A program made the translations under genes and the position numbers. This document shows, in pieces, positions 27,112-37,900 of a stretch of 64,000 nucleotides of DNA (the first letter of the stretch is position 1; each line of letters opens with the position of its first letter). The stretch comes from Candidatus Beckwithbacteria bacterium GW2011_GWC1_49_16 (GTDB lineage: Bacteria > Patescibacteriota > Microgenomatia > UBA1400 > CG1-02-47-37), in assembly GCA_001029675.1 (NCBI GenBank), contig CP011210.1:517663-581662 (forward strand). The letters are read 5' to 3'. The notes under the pieces were generated by a model. It ran no database searches. It saw only the letters and a program-made list of their open reading frames with translations, and was not told where the DNA came from.

Positions 27112-28141
27112 TGATGGTTTTTAACTCCTCGTCGCTAAAGCCGACGGGGACTATCTCTAACTTAAGATTTAGGTCTAAGTTTTTTTTGGCTTTATCTTTG
27201 ACCAGCTTGATCAGTTTAAAAACGTCGCTAGCGGTAGCGGCACCCAAATTTTCGATAAAGCCGGCGTGGCGGTCGGCGATTTGGGCGTTGCCGATTTTGC
27301 TGCCTTTTAAGTTTAATACCTTCTCGATTAAGTAGCCGCCGGAAGAGGTGGGTAACTTCAGGCGTTTTTCGTCCGCCAGAGAGAGGTTTTGAAAGATACA
27401 GCCGGCGGAGCGCTGGGGCTGATTAGCTTTGTGGCGGGCCCAAGCCGTGGCGATGCCTCGAGCTTTATCGATCGGGCCGCGAAACAAACGCAAAGTCACG
27501 GCCAAAACTATATCGCCGGTTATCTTTAAGCGGCTGGTGTCGTAGCCGAAGCTAAAGTAATCGGCGGCAACGCTTTTTTCCTCGTTTTGGGGGGTTAAAA
27601 TGCGGGCGGAAACCAAATAGTCAGAGATAAACTTGGGGCCGCCGTGGGCGTTGATGTAAACCGCGCCGCCGACGGTGGCGGGGATACCGGCAAACCACTC
27701 CAGGCCGGTGACTCCCTGGGATAAAAGTTGGTGGATGGCCCGGGCCAGTTTGACCCCGGAATCGATGTCCGCTAAGACGGCGGGGTATTGGTTTTCATCG
27801 TAGGCGCTTTGCTTGGTGGGAAAGGCTTTTTGACCTTTGATTTGTTCAAAGCGGGGGGAAACCGACGCCAAGGCGACTGCTTCTGGCTGCCGGTCTAAAA
27901 CTTTGATTTGGTTGGTAAGGTTTTTTATCACCAAGCCTTTGACTCCCCTATCGGCTACGAGTAAGTTGCTGCCGCCGCCGAAGATAAACAGGGGCAGGTT
28001 GGCGCTTCTGGCCGTCTTGACTGCGGCAACTAAATCGGGAACGGTTTTGGCGACAAAAAAATACTCGGCCGGGCCGCCGACGCCAAAGGTGGTATGGGCT
28101 GACATGGATTCGTTGCTGGTAACTCCCGCTAGGTCAAGCAT
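27101..28141 (-). CDS. murB: UDP-N-acetylenolpyruvoylglucosamine reductase MurB
   Basis: FAD-binding 'TTFGVGGPAEYF' and 'LFIFGGGSNLLV'. Confidence 0.9.
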   Translation of the reverse strand: MLDLAGVTSNESMSAHTTFGVGGPAEYFFVAKTVPDLVAAVKTARSANLPLFIFGGGSNLLVADRGVKGLVIKNLTNQIKVLDRQPEAVALASVSPRFEQIKGQKAFPTKQSAYDENQYPAVLADIDSGVKLARAIHQLLSQGVTGLEWFAGIPATVGGAVYINAHGGPKFISDYLVSARILTPQNEEKSVAADYFSFGYDTSRLKITGDIVLAVTLRLFRGPIDKARGIATAWARHKANQPQRSAGCIFQNLSLADEKRLKLPTSSGGYLIEKVLNLKGSKIGNAQIADRHAGFIENLGAATASDVFKLIKLVKDKAKKNLDLNLKLEIVPVGFSDEELKTINES

Positions 28142-29555
28142 GATTTAAAGCTTTCAAAATTGGTTTGTGCCAGTGAAAAATGTCGCCGGCGCCGATGGTA
28201 AAAATGATATCACCAGTTTCTGCTTTATCAATAAGGGTCCTAATCGTTGACTTTTGACCAGGGCAGTAAAACGTCTGGGGGTGGTTTTTTAACACCTCTT
28301 GAGCCAGAATTTTTCCGGAGATGCCCAGGTCGTCCGTCTCTCTGGCCGAGGCAAAGATTTTGTTAATGATGACTAAATCCGCCAGTTGAAAACTCTTGGC
28401 AAAATCGGTAAGTAAGGCCTTGGTGCGGGAAAAAGTGTGTGACTGGAAGACGGCGATCAAACGCCGGCCGGGAAACCAATCTTTGGCGGAGCGTAAAAGA
28501 GCTTTGATTTCAGTCGGGTGGTGGGCGTAGTCGTCGTAGAGTAAGATATCTCTCTTGGCGCGGCCGATAAACTCGAAGCGGCGCTTGGTTCCGCTAAACT
28601 TTTTGACGCCGGCTTTTATGGCATTTAATTTGACACCCAGGTGGTGGGCGACGACGACTGCGGCGGCGGCGTTTAAAACGTTGTAGCGGCCGGGAAGGTT
28701 AAGCACAAAATCGGGCCAAACAGCCCCTTTGTGGGCGAGGGTAAAAAACTGCTTTTGGTCGGCTAAATGGACTTTGGTCACTTGCCAGTCGGCTTGAGGG
28801 GAAAAGCCGTAGGTGGCTTTGGGGCCGTCAATATCTTTAAGCCAGGCAGCCACTCTAGGGTTGTCGACGTTGGCCACAATCAAGCCGGCGGCAGGCACCG
28901 CTTTGACAAAAGTGGCAAAAGCGTCAAACATGTCAGACAAATGGGGGTAGACGTCGGGGTGGTCGTGTTCCAAATTGGTGATGACGGCAATAAAGGGATC
29001 AAGGTGGTGGAACCTGGGGGTTGGATCAGAGTTCGGGTCGGTGACGTACTCGTCGGCTTCGGCAACAAAGTAGGCGGAAGCTTGATTGAAACGCCCCGGA
29101 GCGCCCAGGGCGGGGATGTCGCCGACGCCGACGGCAAAACTAGGATCAAGCCCCCCCTCGGTCAAAACCGTGGCGATTAAAGCGGCGGTGGTGGATTTAC
29201 CGCCGACCCCGGCGGTGGCGATCAACTTTTTATCCTGGCAAAAAAGCTTGAGGGCCTCGGCGTGGCTTAAAGTGGGCCGGTTTTTTTGTTTGGCGGCAAC
29301 CACTTCGACGTTAGTCGCCCCCCCGTGGGCGCCGGTGTAGATCAACAGGTCGGTATTTTTGGGGACGTTTTTAGCCTTGAAACCGGTTTTGACCCGGATG
29401 CCTTTCTTTTTGAGAATTTTGTCGGTGGGGAAAGCTTCTTTGAGGTCGGAGCCGGATATTTTTATTTTCAGGTCTTTGGCGCACAGGGCCAAAGCGGTCA
29501 TGCCGACGCCCTTGATGCCGGTAAAGTGGATCTTTTTAAACCTGGTCAGCCTCAT
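28134..29555 (-). CDS. murC: UDP-N-acetylmuramate--L-alanine ligase MurC
   Basis: 'IHFTGIKGVGMTALA' N-terminal Rossmann and Mur-ligase P-loop 'IATAGVGGKSTTAALIA'. Confidence 0.9.
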   Translation of the reverse strand: MRLTRFKKIHFTGIKGVGMTALALCAKDLKIKISGSDLKEAFPTDKILKKKGIRVKTGFKAKNVPKNTDLLIYTGAHGGATNVEVVAAKQKNRPTLSHAEALKLFCQDKKLIATAGVGGKSTTAALIATVLTEGGLDPSFAVGVGDIPALGAPGRFNQASAYFVAEADEYVTDPNSDPTPRFHHLDPFIAVITNLEHDHPDVYPHLSDMFDAFATFVKAVPAAGLIVANVDNPRVAAWLKDIDGPKATYGFSPQADWQVTKVHLADQKQFFTLAHKGAVWPDFVLNLPGRYNVLNAAAAVVVAHHLGVKLNAIKAGVKKFSGTKRRFEFIGRAKRDILLYDDYAHHPTEIKALLRSAKDWFPGRRLIAVFQSHTFSRTKALLTDFAKSFQLADLVIINKIFASARETDDLGISGKILAQEVLKNHPQTFYCPGQKSTIRTLIDKAETGDIIFTIGAGDIFHWHKPILKALNHA

Positions 29556-30751
29556 GAATTTACCAGATCCTGCTTGAGGTAGAGGGTTGTCCCGGCCGGG
29601 ATTGGCCGGGTTAAAACCACGCCTGAACCGACGACGGCATTTTGACCCAGAGTCACCCCGGGCATGACACTGGCGTTGACCCCGAGCTTGACGCCCTGGG
29701 CCAAAACCGCCCCCAGCTTGGTTTTGCCGGTATCGATGTCGCCGGTGGAAGTTTTCAGCTTGACGGCCTTGCCGTCAAAGCGGAAGTTGGCCAGACGCGA
29801 ACCAGAACCCAGGTTGACGCCGCCTTCGATGACCGAGTCGCCGACGTAGCTTGAATGAAAGAAGCTTTCGGGGCCGACGTAGCTGCGGGCGATTTCGGTT
29901 GAGTAGCCGACTACCGAACCGGCCTCGACGATCGAGTCGCGCACCAGGCAGTGGTTGCCGACGACGACGTTTTCCCCGATGTAGCTGCCTTTGACCACGG
30001 CGCCCTCCATGATTTTGGCCGAAGGCTCAATGGCGGATTTTTGGTCCAGGCGGTAGGTCAAAAAGGCGGCCACGGCGTCCAAGATCTGATGGGGGTGTTT
30101 TAGCTGGACAAAGTAGCCGGCGGCTTCAACCAAGTTGGCGGGCTGTTTTTCTACCAACTTACCCAGAGCGGTCTCATAGAGATTGTCTTTGGCAGAGGTG
30201 GTATTCTTGAGAACGTTTACCAGGTCAGCAATGTCGGGAAAATAGTCCAAAACCAGCTTGAAATAGTCGCTGGGCTCATCGCCGGGCCTGGGTTTTTCTA
30301 CTAAGCCGGTGACGGCGTCACCCTTTAGCTTAAAAAAGCCGCCGGATAGCTTGGCGCCTTTGAGCCCGGTAAGAACCGGGGCTTGGGGTTTTGACGAAAC
30401 GGCGGCAGTAAACCGGGAAATGATTTGAGGGTCAACCAGGTCGTCGGCGTTGACGACAATGGCCGGTCCGGATTTTATCTTTGCCGCCGCAGCCAAAACG
30501 GCGTCGGCCATGCCGGTGGCTTTTTCCTGGATGGCGGTTTCGACCTGGCCGCCGAGTACTTTTTTGACGGCCGTTTGGTTCCGGGGGCTAACGACAACAA
30601 CTGCCTGGGTGATGCCGGCTTTCTTTAAGTCCTCGACGATAAAATCAATCAGGGGTCGACCCAAAAACGGCAGCAAGGGTTTGGAAAGTGTCAGGGGGGT
30701 AAAACGCTTGCCCTCTCCGGCGGCTAAAATTATGGCGGTGGGTTTAGTCAT
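29552..30751 (-). CDS. sugar-1-phosphate nucleotidyltransferase with C-terminal left-handed beta-helix domain (GlmU-like candidate)
   Basis: N-terminal 'AIILAAGEGKRFTPLT..KPLLPF.G.PLI' nucleotidyltransferase signature. C-terminal hexapeptide repeats. Context is between murC and murE, next to glmS. Confidence 0.6.
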   Translation of the reverse strand: MTKPTAIILAAGEGKRFTPLTLSKPLLPFLGRPLIDFIVEDLKKAGITQAVVVVSPRNQTAVKKVLGGQVETAIQEKATGMADAVLAAAAKIKSGPAIVVNADDLVDPQIISRFTAAVSSKPQAPVLTGLKGAKLSGGFFKLKGDAVTGLVEKPRPGDEPSDYFKLVLDYFPDIADLVNVLKNTTSAKDNLYETALGKLVEKQPANLVEAAGYFVQLKHPHQILDAVAAFLTYRLDQKSAIEPSAKIMEGAVVKGSYIGENVVVGNHCLVRDSIVEAGSVVGYSTEIARSYVGPESFFHSSYVGDSVIEGGVNLGSGSRLANFRFDGKAVKLKTSTGDIDTGKTKLGAVLAQGVKLGVNASVMPGVTLGQNAVVGSGVVLTRPIPAGTTLYLKQDLVNS

Positions 30752-31980
30752 GGTTGTCTTTTTTTAAGGGCTTTTTTGACGGCGGCAAACTCATCCCAAG
30801 CATACTCTATTGTACCAAAACACATCGACTTTTCGTGGGACTTGCCAAACAGGCCGACCCAATCCCCCGGCTTAGCGATGTGAACCGCTAAATTTATCGC
30901 TGCCTGCCGGTCGGGCTGGCGGATAAAAACATGGGCGGCTTTTTTGGGGTAGCCGGCCTTGAGGCTGACTTCTTTGGCGCCGGCGGCAAGAGCGCCTTGG
31001 GCGATAGCGGTGATGATAGTGTTGACGTCCTCGGTCCGGGGGTCTTCGGCGGTCAGGATAGTCACATCAGCTAATTTGGCGGCAATCTCACCCATCTGGG
31101 GACGTTTGAGGCGGTCTCTTAGGCCGGCGCAGCCGAATACGGCGATGGTCCTGCCAGACCCGCCTTTGAGTGCCTTGATGGCTTGGAGAGCTCGTTCAAG
31201 AGCGTCAGGTTTGTGGGCAAAGTCAACTACCACGGTAAAGTCTTTTTGGTAAACCAGCTCCATCCTGCCGGGGATGCCCGGAAAAGATTTCAAGGCCTGG
31301 TTGACCGCGGCGGCTTTAACTCCCAGGTCCTGGGCCACGGCGGCGGCGGCGGCGATATTTTCCTGGTTAAAGTCGCCCAAAAGATTGGCGGCGGCAAGTT
31401 TGGTTTGAGGTTTGAAGCTTAAAACTTGGCCGCGGGCGATCTTTTTGGCGGCGGCATACGACTGGTCGGCCGAGTTTAACACCGCTACTTTGGCGGCTTT
31501 GACCAGTTTCAACTTGGCAGCGTGGTAGGAAGTGATCGTCTGATGATAATCCAGGTGTTCGTGGCGCAGGTTGATAATTAGCCCGTAGGCAAAATTTATT
31601 CCCCAGGTACGGTGCTGGTCCAGACCGTGGGAAGTGACCTCCAAGACCACGTGGGTCAAACCCTGATCGGCGATTTTTTTAAGCAGCTTTTGCAACAACC
31701 ACGGTTCGGGGTTGGTGACGTGAAGACCGATATCCACCCTCTTATCCCCGATCTTGGCGGCGACTGAAGAAACTAAAGCCACTTTGAAGCCGGCGGTTTT
31801 CAAGAGGTGATAAATAAGGTGCGTCGTGGTGGTTTTGCCCGAAGTGCCGGTAATACCAATAACGGTCAGTTTCCTTGAGGGAAAACCATAGACAACGTTA
31901 GCCAAAACGGCCTGGGGCAAGTGCCAGACGAGATTGATAAATTTTTGGGGAATAAGTTGGCGTAGGAAACTAAAACCCAT
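30748..31980 (-). CDS. murE: Mur ligase, MurE-like (UDP-MurNAc-L-Ala-D-Glu--diamino acid ligase), N-terminally short
   Basis: P-loop 'VIGITGTSGKTTTTHLIYHLL'. C-terminal 'TAEDPRTED' resembles the MurE DNPR box. Only 410 aa and apparently lacks the N-terminal UDP-binding domain. dcw position of murE. Confidence 0.65.
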   Translation of the reverse strand: MGFSFLRQLIPQKFINLVWHLPQAVLANVVYGFPSRKLTVIGITGTSGKTTTTHLIYHLLKTAGFKVALVSSVAAKIGDKRVDIGLHVTNPEPWLLQKLLKKIADQGLTHVVLEVTSHGLDQHRTWGINFAYGLIINLRHEHLDYHQTITSYHAAKLKLVKAAKVAVLNSADQSYAAAKKIARGQVLSFKPQTKLAAANLLGDFNQENIAAAAAVAQDLGVKAAAVNQALKSFPGIPGRMELVYQKDFTVVVDFAHKPDALERALQAIKALKGGSGRTIAVFGCAGLRDRLKRPQMGEIAAKLADVTILTAEDPRTEDVNTIITAIAQGALAAGAKEVSLKAGYPKKAAHVFIRQPDRQAAINLAVHIAKPGDWVGLFGKSHEKSMCFGTIEYAWDEFAAVKKALKKRQP

Positions 31981-32012
31981 GAGGGTATTTTACTATGAAG
32001 CTCCAAGCCGTG

Positions 32013-34928
32013 TCAGGATTTGGCCTTAGCCCACCTGTCCCGATAGATAAAGTAAAGCAGGCCGGCCGCTAAAAGAACGATCACAGTCATAACCGCCGGG
32101 GAGAAAAAGGGGTTTTGGGGTTTGACGGCTACGGTGATGTTGAACTCTTTCACTTCCCCCTCAAGGTCAATTTTCTCTTCACCCTTGAAGTTTTGGTAGG
32201 CGATTTCCACCCGATGCTCGCCCGGTTCAACCCCGGTGAAGGTAGCAATGCCGTCTTGGTTGGTTTGACTTTGTTTTGGCTCGGAGTAAAGGGTAACTTG
32301 AGCGCCAGCGACCGGATTTTTATCGCTATCCACCACCTTGATATTGACATTGTAGCCTGCCTCTTTTACTGCTTGCTTTTCTTCTTCGGTTTCGGCCGGT
32401 ACGGCTTCTTCATCAATGATTTGAGTTTTCATTTGGTTTGGAGCAAAAATTCCCCCTACCGCCTGGTTGACTGAGAGATAAAATGAAGTGGTCGAGCTGT
32501 TGTTGCCTTTGTCGTAGGCGGTTAACTCTGCCTGGTAGTAGCCTGTAGGCAAACTTTGGTCGAGGCCAAAATCAAAGCGGGTTGACTTAAGATTTTCTGA
32601 ATCGGTAAAGCCGGTCAACTTAAGCTCCTTTTCCAAATAATCGACAAAGTTTCCGGAAGCGTCTTGGAGCTTGAGTTTGAAGATTAACTGGTCCGGCCCG
32701 GAGGCGACTTTATCAAAAGTATCGGTGGTGCCGTCTGAATTGGTGACGCTTGAACCTCGGTAGGCATCGACCAAGTTGCCGCTTAAAGTTAGATTGTGAC
32801 TGCTAAGAACGACTTTCTGACCCGAAGCGTTAACTAGAGTGCCATTAACCGCTAGTTCTGCCAAACTCGGCGCAGTAAGATCGACCAAGACATCCGCGGC
32901 TTTAGTACGAGTGTCGGAGCTGACACCAGTGGCGGTCACCTGCCAAGAATGTTTACCTTCTGATAAAGCTTTTTGGTTTAGGCCTTTGAAAAAGACTTTA
33001 AACTGGTCGCTTAATTCCTCCGCTAAGTTGACGATGTCGACTTTAACGCTGGTGTCGTCCCGAAAAGTATAGTTGGTAGCCGAAGTGCCAGCGGCAGGCA
33101 AACCGCCGACCGAGTAGCGCTGATGTTTATCAGGGTCTAATGCTACCGAATAGGAAGAAATGGCTGATGAATCAGCCGAGGCTTTAAAGCTCAACGTCGG
33201 CTTAGTATCGTTGGTAAAGCCGGAAGGCGAGATTGGCTCAAAGATGGCAGCCACGGTAAAGCCATCGGAAGCGTAAAGACTGGCAGCGGCGTAGGCGTCG
33301 CCAGAGTCAAAACTCCTGACATAAATGGTGTGGGCGCCGGCCGAAAGGCTACTTAAGTCGCAACTAAAGCCCTCGGGTGAACCGTCGAAGCTGCCGTCGG
33401 TAGCCGAGCAAGAATTCCAAGTACCGGTGGTGGTGCTTGACGTGCTCCACTGGACGCCGGAAACAGCCACCCCGTCGGAAACCGTGCCGGTGAGTTGGGG
33501 AGTGGTGTCTTCGGTGATAGTAGTGTCAATAAGAGTAATGGCCGGCGAGCCGTGGGTAATCTCAAAAGCGTAAACTTGACCGGCAACCCCGGTGCCATTG
33601 CCGCCATAGATCGAGCTGACAAAAACTTCCTGCCAGCCGTCGTTGTCCATATCGCCAAACCAAACCACGTGGCCCAAGTTTTGGTTGGTAGTAGGGGTGG
33701 CTAAATCTGCCGAAGTAAAAGTCAAATCAGCAGTGGTATCAATAGTGGTACCGTCACTTAAAAAAATGTGAAATTGGCCCTCGTCGGAGCCGTCGATTTG
33801 ATAGGCTCCAACTATCAAATCTGTGTTGCCGTCGGAGTTGACGTCGTGCATCGCTAATTCCCGACCAAAGTTATCGTTGGCAGCGGCGCCGGAAAAAATA
33901 ATGTCAGCGTCGGTGGCATCATAAGTGGCACTCAAAGAACTCGAGCCCAAGAAGCAGTAGACCCGGCCGGCATTGGTGGCCGAAGTGTCGTTTAGGTAGG
34001 CGCCCAGGCAAAAGTCGGCTTTACCGTCCTGGTTGATGTCGCCGGTCTCGCCCGACGACCGGGTAAAGTTTTCGGTGGTGGTCTCGCCGGTGATGGTGAT
34101 GTCAACATCTCCGTTCATGGAGGAGCCGCCGTAGAAAATGTGAATCGTAGCTTGATCGCTGTAGTCTTCCCCAACCAAAATATCGTCGGCGCCGTCGCCG
34201 TTAACGTCTCCGGATACAAGTAGATCCTGGCCAAGCTTGTCAGAACCGGCCACAGCCAAAGTGACATCGGCAGTGGTGTCAAAGGTTTGGTCGCCGTCGC
34301 CGTAGAAAACCCTGACGTCGCCGGCGCTACTACTGGCTCCTTGAGCCGCAAAGGCAATATCCTGGTTGCCATCGGCGTTAAAATCGCCGGTGGTGATCGT
34401 GGAGCCAAATAAGTCGTTGGCGGTGGTGTTAGTAATGGTAATATCGGCTTCTGTGGCTGCGTCAATGGAGCTAGCTAACGAACTGGAACCAAAAATGATG
34501 TAAACCTCTCCGGCGTTTAAGGCGCCATCATCGTTAGAGGCGCTGCCAATAATCAAGTCGTCAGCTCCGTCGCCATCGATGTCAGTGGCCTTGTAGTTGT
34601 TGACTTGAATCAAATTGTCGCCCATGCTACCGGTGCCAGAATTGGTGATAGTAAGATCAACGGTGTCGTCAAAAGTAGCGCCCCCATAAAAAATATATAT
34701 TTTCCCCTTACCCGAAGCTGCTTGAGGGGCAGTAGCGATTAAATCTTGGTAGCCGTCACCGTTTAAGTCGGCGGCCATGACGTTATTGCTGCCAAAATAG
34801 GAATTATTGACCGTGTCGCTAGTGGTAACCACGCCTAACTCGGTCATGCCTAGGGCTAAAGCTGTTTGAGGCAAAAGTAAAAATAACAAACTGAAAATCA
34901 ACCAATAGAAAAACTTGTTCGAAATCAT
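32013..34928 (-). CDS. large secreted/surface protein with FG-GAP (integrin-alpha-like) repeats, Cna-B/CarboxypepD_reg-like domain and C-terminal TM anchor
   Basis: Signal peptide MISNKFFYWLIFSLLFLLLPQTALA. At least 7 repeats of type DLNGDGYQDLI / DIDGDGADDLIIG / DVNGDGADDILVG. C-terminal 'VKVVDSDKNPVAGAQVTLYSEP...GVEPGEHRVEIAY' followed by a TM helix and basic tail. Confidence 0.75.
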   Translation of the reverse strand: MISNKFFYWLIFSLLFLLLPQTALALGMTELGVVTTSDTVNNSYFGSNNVMAADLNGDGYQDLIATAPQAASGKGKIYIFYGGATFDDTVDLTITNSGTGSMGDNLIQVNNYKATDIDGDGADDLIIGSASNDDGALNAGEVYIIFGSSSLASSIDAATEADITITNTTANDLFGSTITTGDFNADGNQDIAFAAQGASSSAGDVRVFYGDGDQTFDTTADVTLAVAGSDKLGQDLLVSGDVNGDGADDILVGEDYSDQATIHIFYGGSSMNGDVDITITGETTTENFTRSSGETGDINQDGKADFCLGAYLNDTSATNAGRVYCFLGSSSLSATYDATDADIIFSGAAANDNFGRELAMHDVNSDGNTDLIVGAYQIDGSDEGQFHIFLSDGTTIDTTADLTFTSADLATPTTNQNLGHVVWFGDMDNDGWQEVFVSSIYGGNGTGVAGQVYAFEITHGSPAITLIDTTITEDTTPQLTGTVSDGVAVSGVQWSTSSTTTGTWNSCSATDGSFDGSPEGFSCDLSSLSAGAHTIYVRSFDSGDAYAAASLYASDGFTVAAIFEPISPSGFTNDTKPTLSFKASADSSAISSYSVALDPDKHQRYSVGGLPAAGTSATNYTFRDDTSVKVDIVNLAEELSDQFKVFFKGLNQKALSEGKHSWQVTATGVSSDTRTKAADVLVDLTAPSLAELAVNGTLVNASGQKVVLSSHNLTLSGNLVDAYRGSSVTNSDGTTDTFDKVASGPDQLIFKLKLQDASGNFVDYLEKELKLTGFTDSENLKSTRFDFGLDQSLPTGYYQAELTAYDKGNNSSTTSFYLSVNQAVGGIFAPNQMKTQIIDEEAVPAETEEEKQAVKEAGYNVNIKVVDSDKNPVAGAQVTLYSEPKQSQTNQDGIATFTGVEPGEHRVEIAYQNFKGEEKIDLEGEVKEFNITVAVKPQNPFFSPAVMTVIVLLAAGLLYFIYRDRWAKAKS

Positions 34929-37900
34929 GTCTTTTTTAGTTTAAGCAACTTTTTCAGCCTTTTCAAGTTGAATCCGATAATTAACGTCAAACCAGTCACT
35001 CCCAAGACTCGCCAATCGGCAAATGGGTTTTGCGGTTTGATTTTGATGGTCAGTTCAAACTTTTTCACTTGGTCGCCAGTCAAGTCAACTTTTTCCTCCC
35101 CGATTTTATCTTGGTAGGAAATTTTGATGGTGTGACTACCCGGTTCAAGACCGATAAAGCTGGCCGTACCGTTATTATCAGTGACGGCGGTTTTGGGGTC
35201 GGAAAAAACCGTCACCACCGCTCCTTCGACGGGTTGGTTTTGGCTGTCAACCACAATGATATTCAAGTCGTAACCTTGTTGCTTTGAACTAAAATCAGCC
35301 GGGGTGGTTTTTTCGCCCACGATCTCGGTTTGAAGTTGGCTGATAACGGTATTGACCCCGCCCAAACCTGAGCTAAAAGTGGTGGCGGAAACTATGTTGC
35401 TGGTGGGGCTACCAGCACATTCGTTGAAGGCTCTTAAAACAAAGTAGTAGCGCCTACCTGGCTCAAGAGATGAAACGGTAAACGAGGTAGATTGAGCGTC
35501 ACCTATCTGGCCGGCAGAATAAGAATAATTATCAAGCTCGGCGCCGTACTCTAAAAGGTAGTGACTGATGGTGCCGGTGCCAGGAGTAAAATTGAGGCTG
35601 ACTGATGAGGCGGAATCGGCGGTGGCTGAAGTCAGGGTCGGAGCCGACGGCGCGCCTGCAGAGCAGGCCCTAGAGACGGTTTTGGTGAGGTTGTCGATGG
35701 TAAAGGTAGCCGAGGCGTAGTTGGCTTGAGCGGTGTAAGACTGGTTGACGTCACCGACTTTGATATAAACTGTGTGAGCCCCGTCGGAAAGATTAGTAAC
35801 GTTACAAGAAAAGTTTTCGGACTTAGAGTTGAAACTGCCATCATCGGCACTACAGGCAACCCAGCCTCCGGAAGCCGAGTTACTATCCAACTGGTAGCTG
35901 ACGCTATTGATATTGGTAATCGAATTGCCGGCGGAAATAGAACCTTTTAAAGTCAAGGAGTTGCCGGAAAACGACGTCGGCACAGAACTTAGGCTGGTGG
36001 TATGGGGGAAGTTGTAAATTACATAAGCCGAACCAGAATCGGTCCGGGAATTATAGTCAGCACCATAGGCGCCGACCAAAAGGTCTAAAGAGCCATCACC
36101 GTTCATGTCCTCTAGTCCCAGGCTGTTGAAAGAAAAAATGTCAATGGCGTTGGCGCCGTCGTAGCGCAGGTTATAATTGTTGGGGTCTGACAAAGAAACG
36201 ACATTGGCGGTGCCGGTGTAGTCGTTAAAAAGATCGTTATAGATAATGTAAAACGACCCGGACCGATCGATGCTGTTGTTGCTCGATCTTCTGGCCGGAA
36301 AAATAAAGTCTAATAAACCATCGTTGTTGAAGTCTAAAACATGAAATTCCGATTCAACCAGAAAAGTACCGTCTTCTGTAGAAGCGGGTCCGTCGTAGCG
36401 AATGTTGTAGTTAGTCGAGGTAGCCATATCAATGATGTTGCCGGTACCGGTGTAGTCGTCGATTAAAGAATCATAAACAATATAGAGTGAGCCAGATCCC
36501 CATGAGGTATAATTGCCAGCCGAAGTGGCGGAAATTAACAAGTCGTTTTTGCCGTTGTTGTCGACGTCGACCACCAGGTCGTTTTCGTGGGAAAACAAAG
36601 CATCACTCTCGGCACCATCGTAACGGAGGTTAAAGTTATCCGTGTCGGATAAATCGACAGTGTTGCCGGTGCCGGAGTAGTCGTCAATCAAGCTGTTATA
36701 AATCACATACAAAACGCCGTTGTTGCTCCGACTCTGGGTGTCGGCCAGGTAAGCGCCGATAACCAAGTCCTTTTTACCGTCGTTGTCGACGTCGCCTACC
36801 TCCAGGCCGATATTAGATAATTTGTCGCTGGCGGCAGCGCCGTCGTAACGAATATTAAAGTTATCCGTGTCAGCCAAATCGACGATGTTGCCGGTGCCGG
36901 TGAGCGAGGAGTTAAAAATGCTATTGTAAATAACATACAAAGATCCCGAATCGGAGCGGGAGTTATAGTCTGTTAGCCCAGAACCGACGATAAGATCCAA
37001 GAGGTTGTCGTTGTCAAGATCCTTGGCTAGAAAAGCCCCGTGAGATAAGCCGTTACCACTGGTAGCCCCGTCAAAACGAAAAGTAAAGTTGGCAGTGTCA
37101 GATAAATCGACAGTGTTACCGGTGCCGGTGTATTTGGTAATCAGTGAATTGTCAAAATAGTAAAAAGCCCCAGAATCGGTGCCGTTGGTGCCGTCAAAGG
37201 CTACAGAACCTACCAGTAGATCCATATCACCGTCTTGGTCGAGGTCAACTGGCAACACCGATCTGGCCCCCAACTGATCGTCACCGTCGACGCCGTCGAA
37301 ACGGATGCTGTAGCTTGATGACTCGTTAAGGTCAAAGGTATTACCGGTGCCAGAGTAAGTGGCCAAAAGCGAACCATAAATAATATAAAAAGCGCTGTAG
37401 CTACCCGTCGCGTCAGAAGCGACCACAATCAAATCCTTGAGGCCGTCGCCGTCGAAGTCGGCGGCCTTGACGTCGCCCCAGCCGGTGTAGCTTAAGGCGT
37501 TGGCGCCGTCAAAGCGCAAGTTAAAGTCGGTGGTGTTGCCCATGTCGTAAGTTTTACTGGGAGAGGTGGTGACCGAGACGTCGTAATTAATCGTCAGGCG
37601 AGGTCTTTTGGGGGCGATCAAGTTTCCCGGAGTGTAATCGGCGGCATAAAAGTCCATACAGTTACCGTTGGATTCGGTTTCGGCTTTGACCAAAAAGCCG
37701 TAGTTGGTGGCCGAATTATCCAGCCACCCCTGAACTATCGCCACCCCCGAAGCGTTTAAGCTAAGGGTGATGTAGCCAGCCGAGCCGTCGGTGACCGATC
37801 CGCTAGCCAACAAGGTTGAGTTGTAGTCTGTATCGGCAGTAGACAGACCGGCCGACCCGGCCCAGTTGGTGGTGTTGTGGGCTAATTGATCCCAAGTAGG

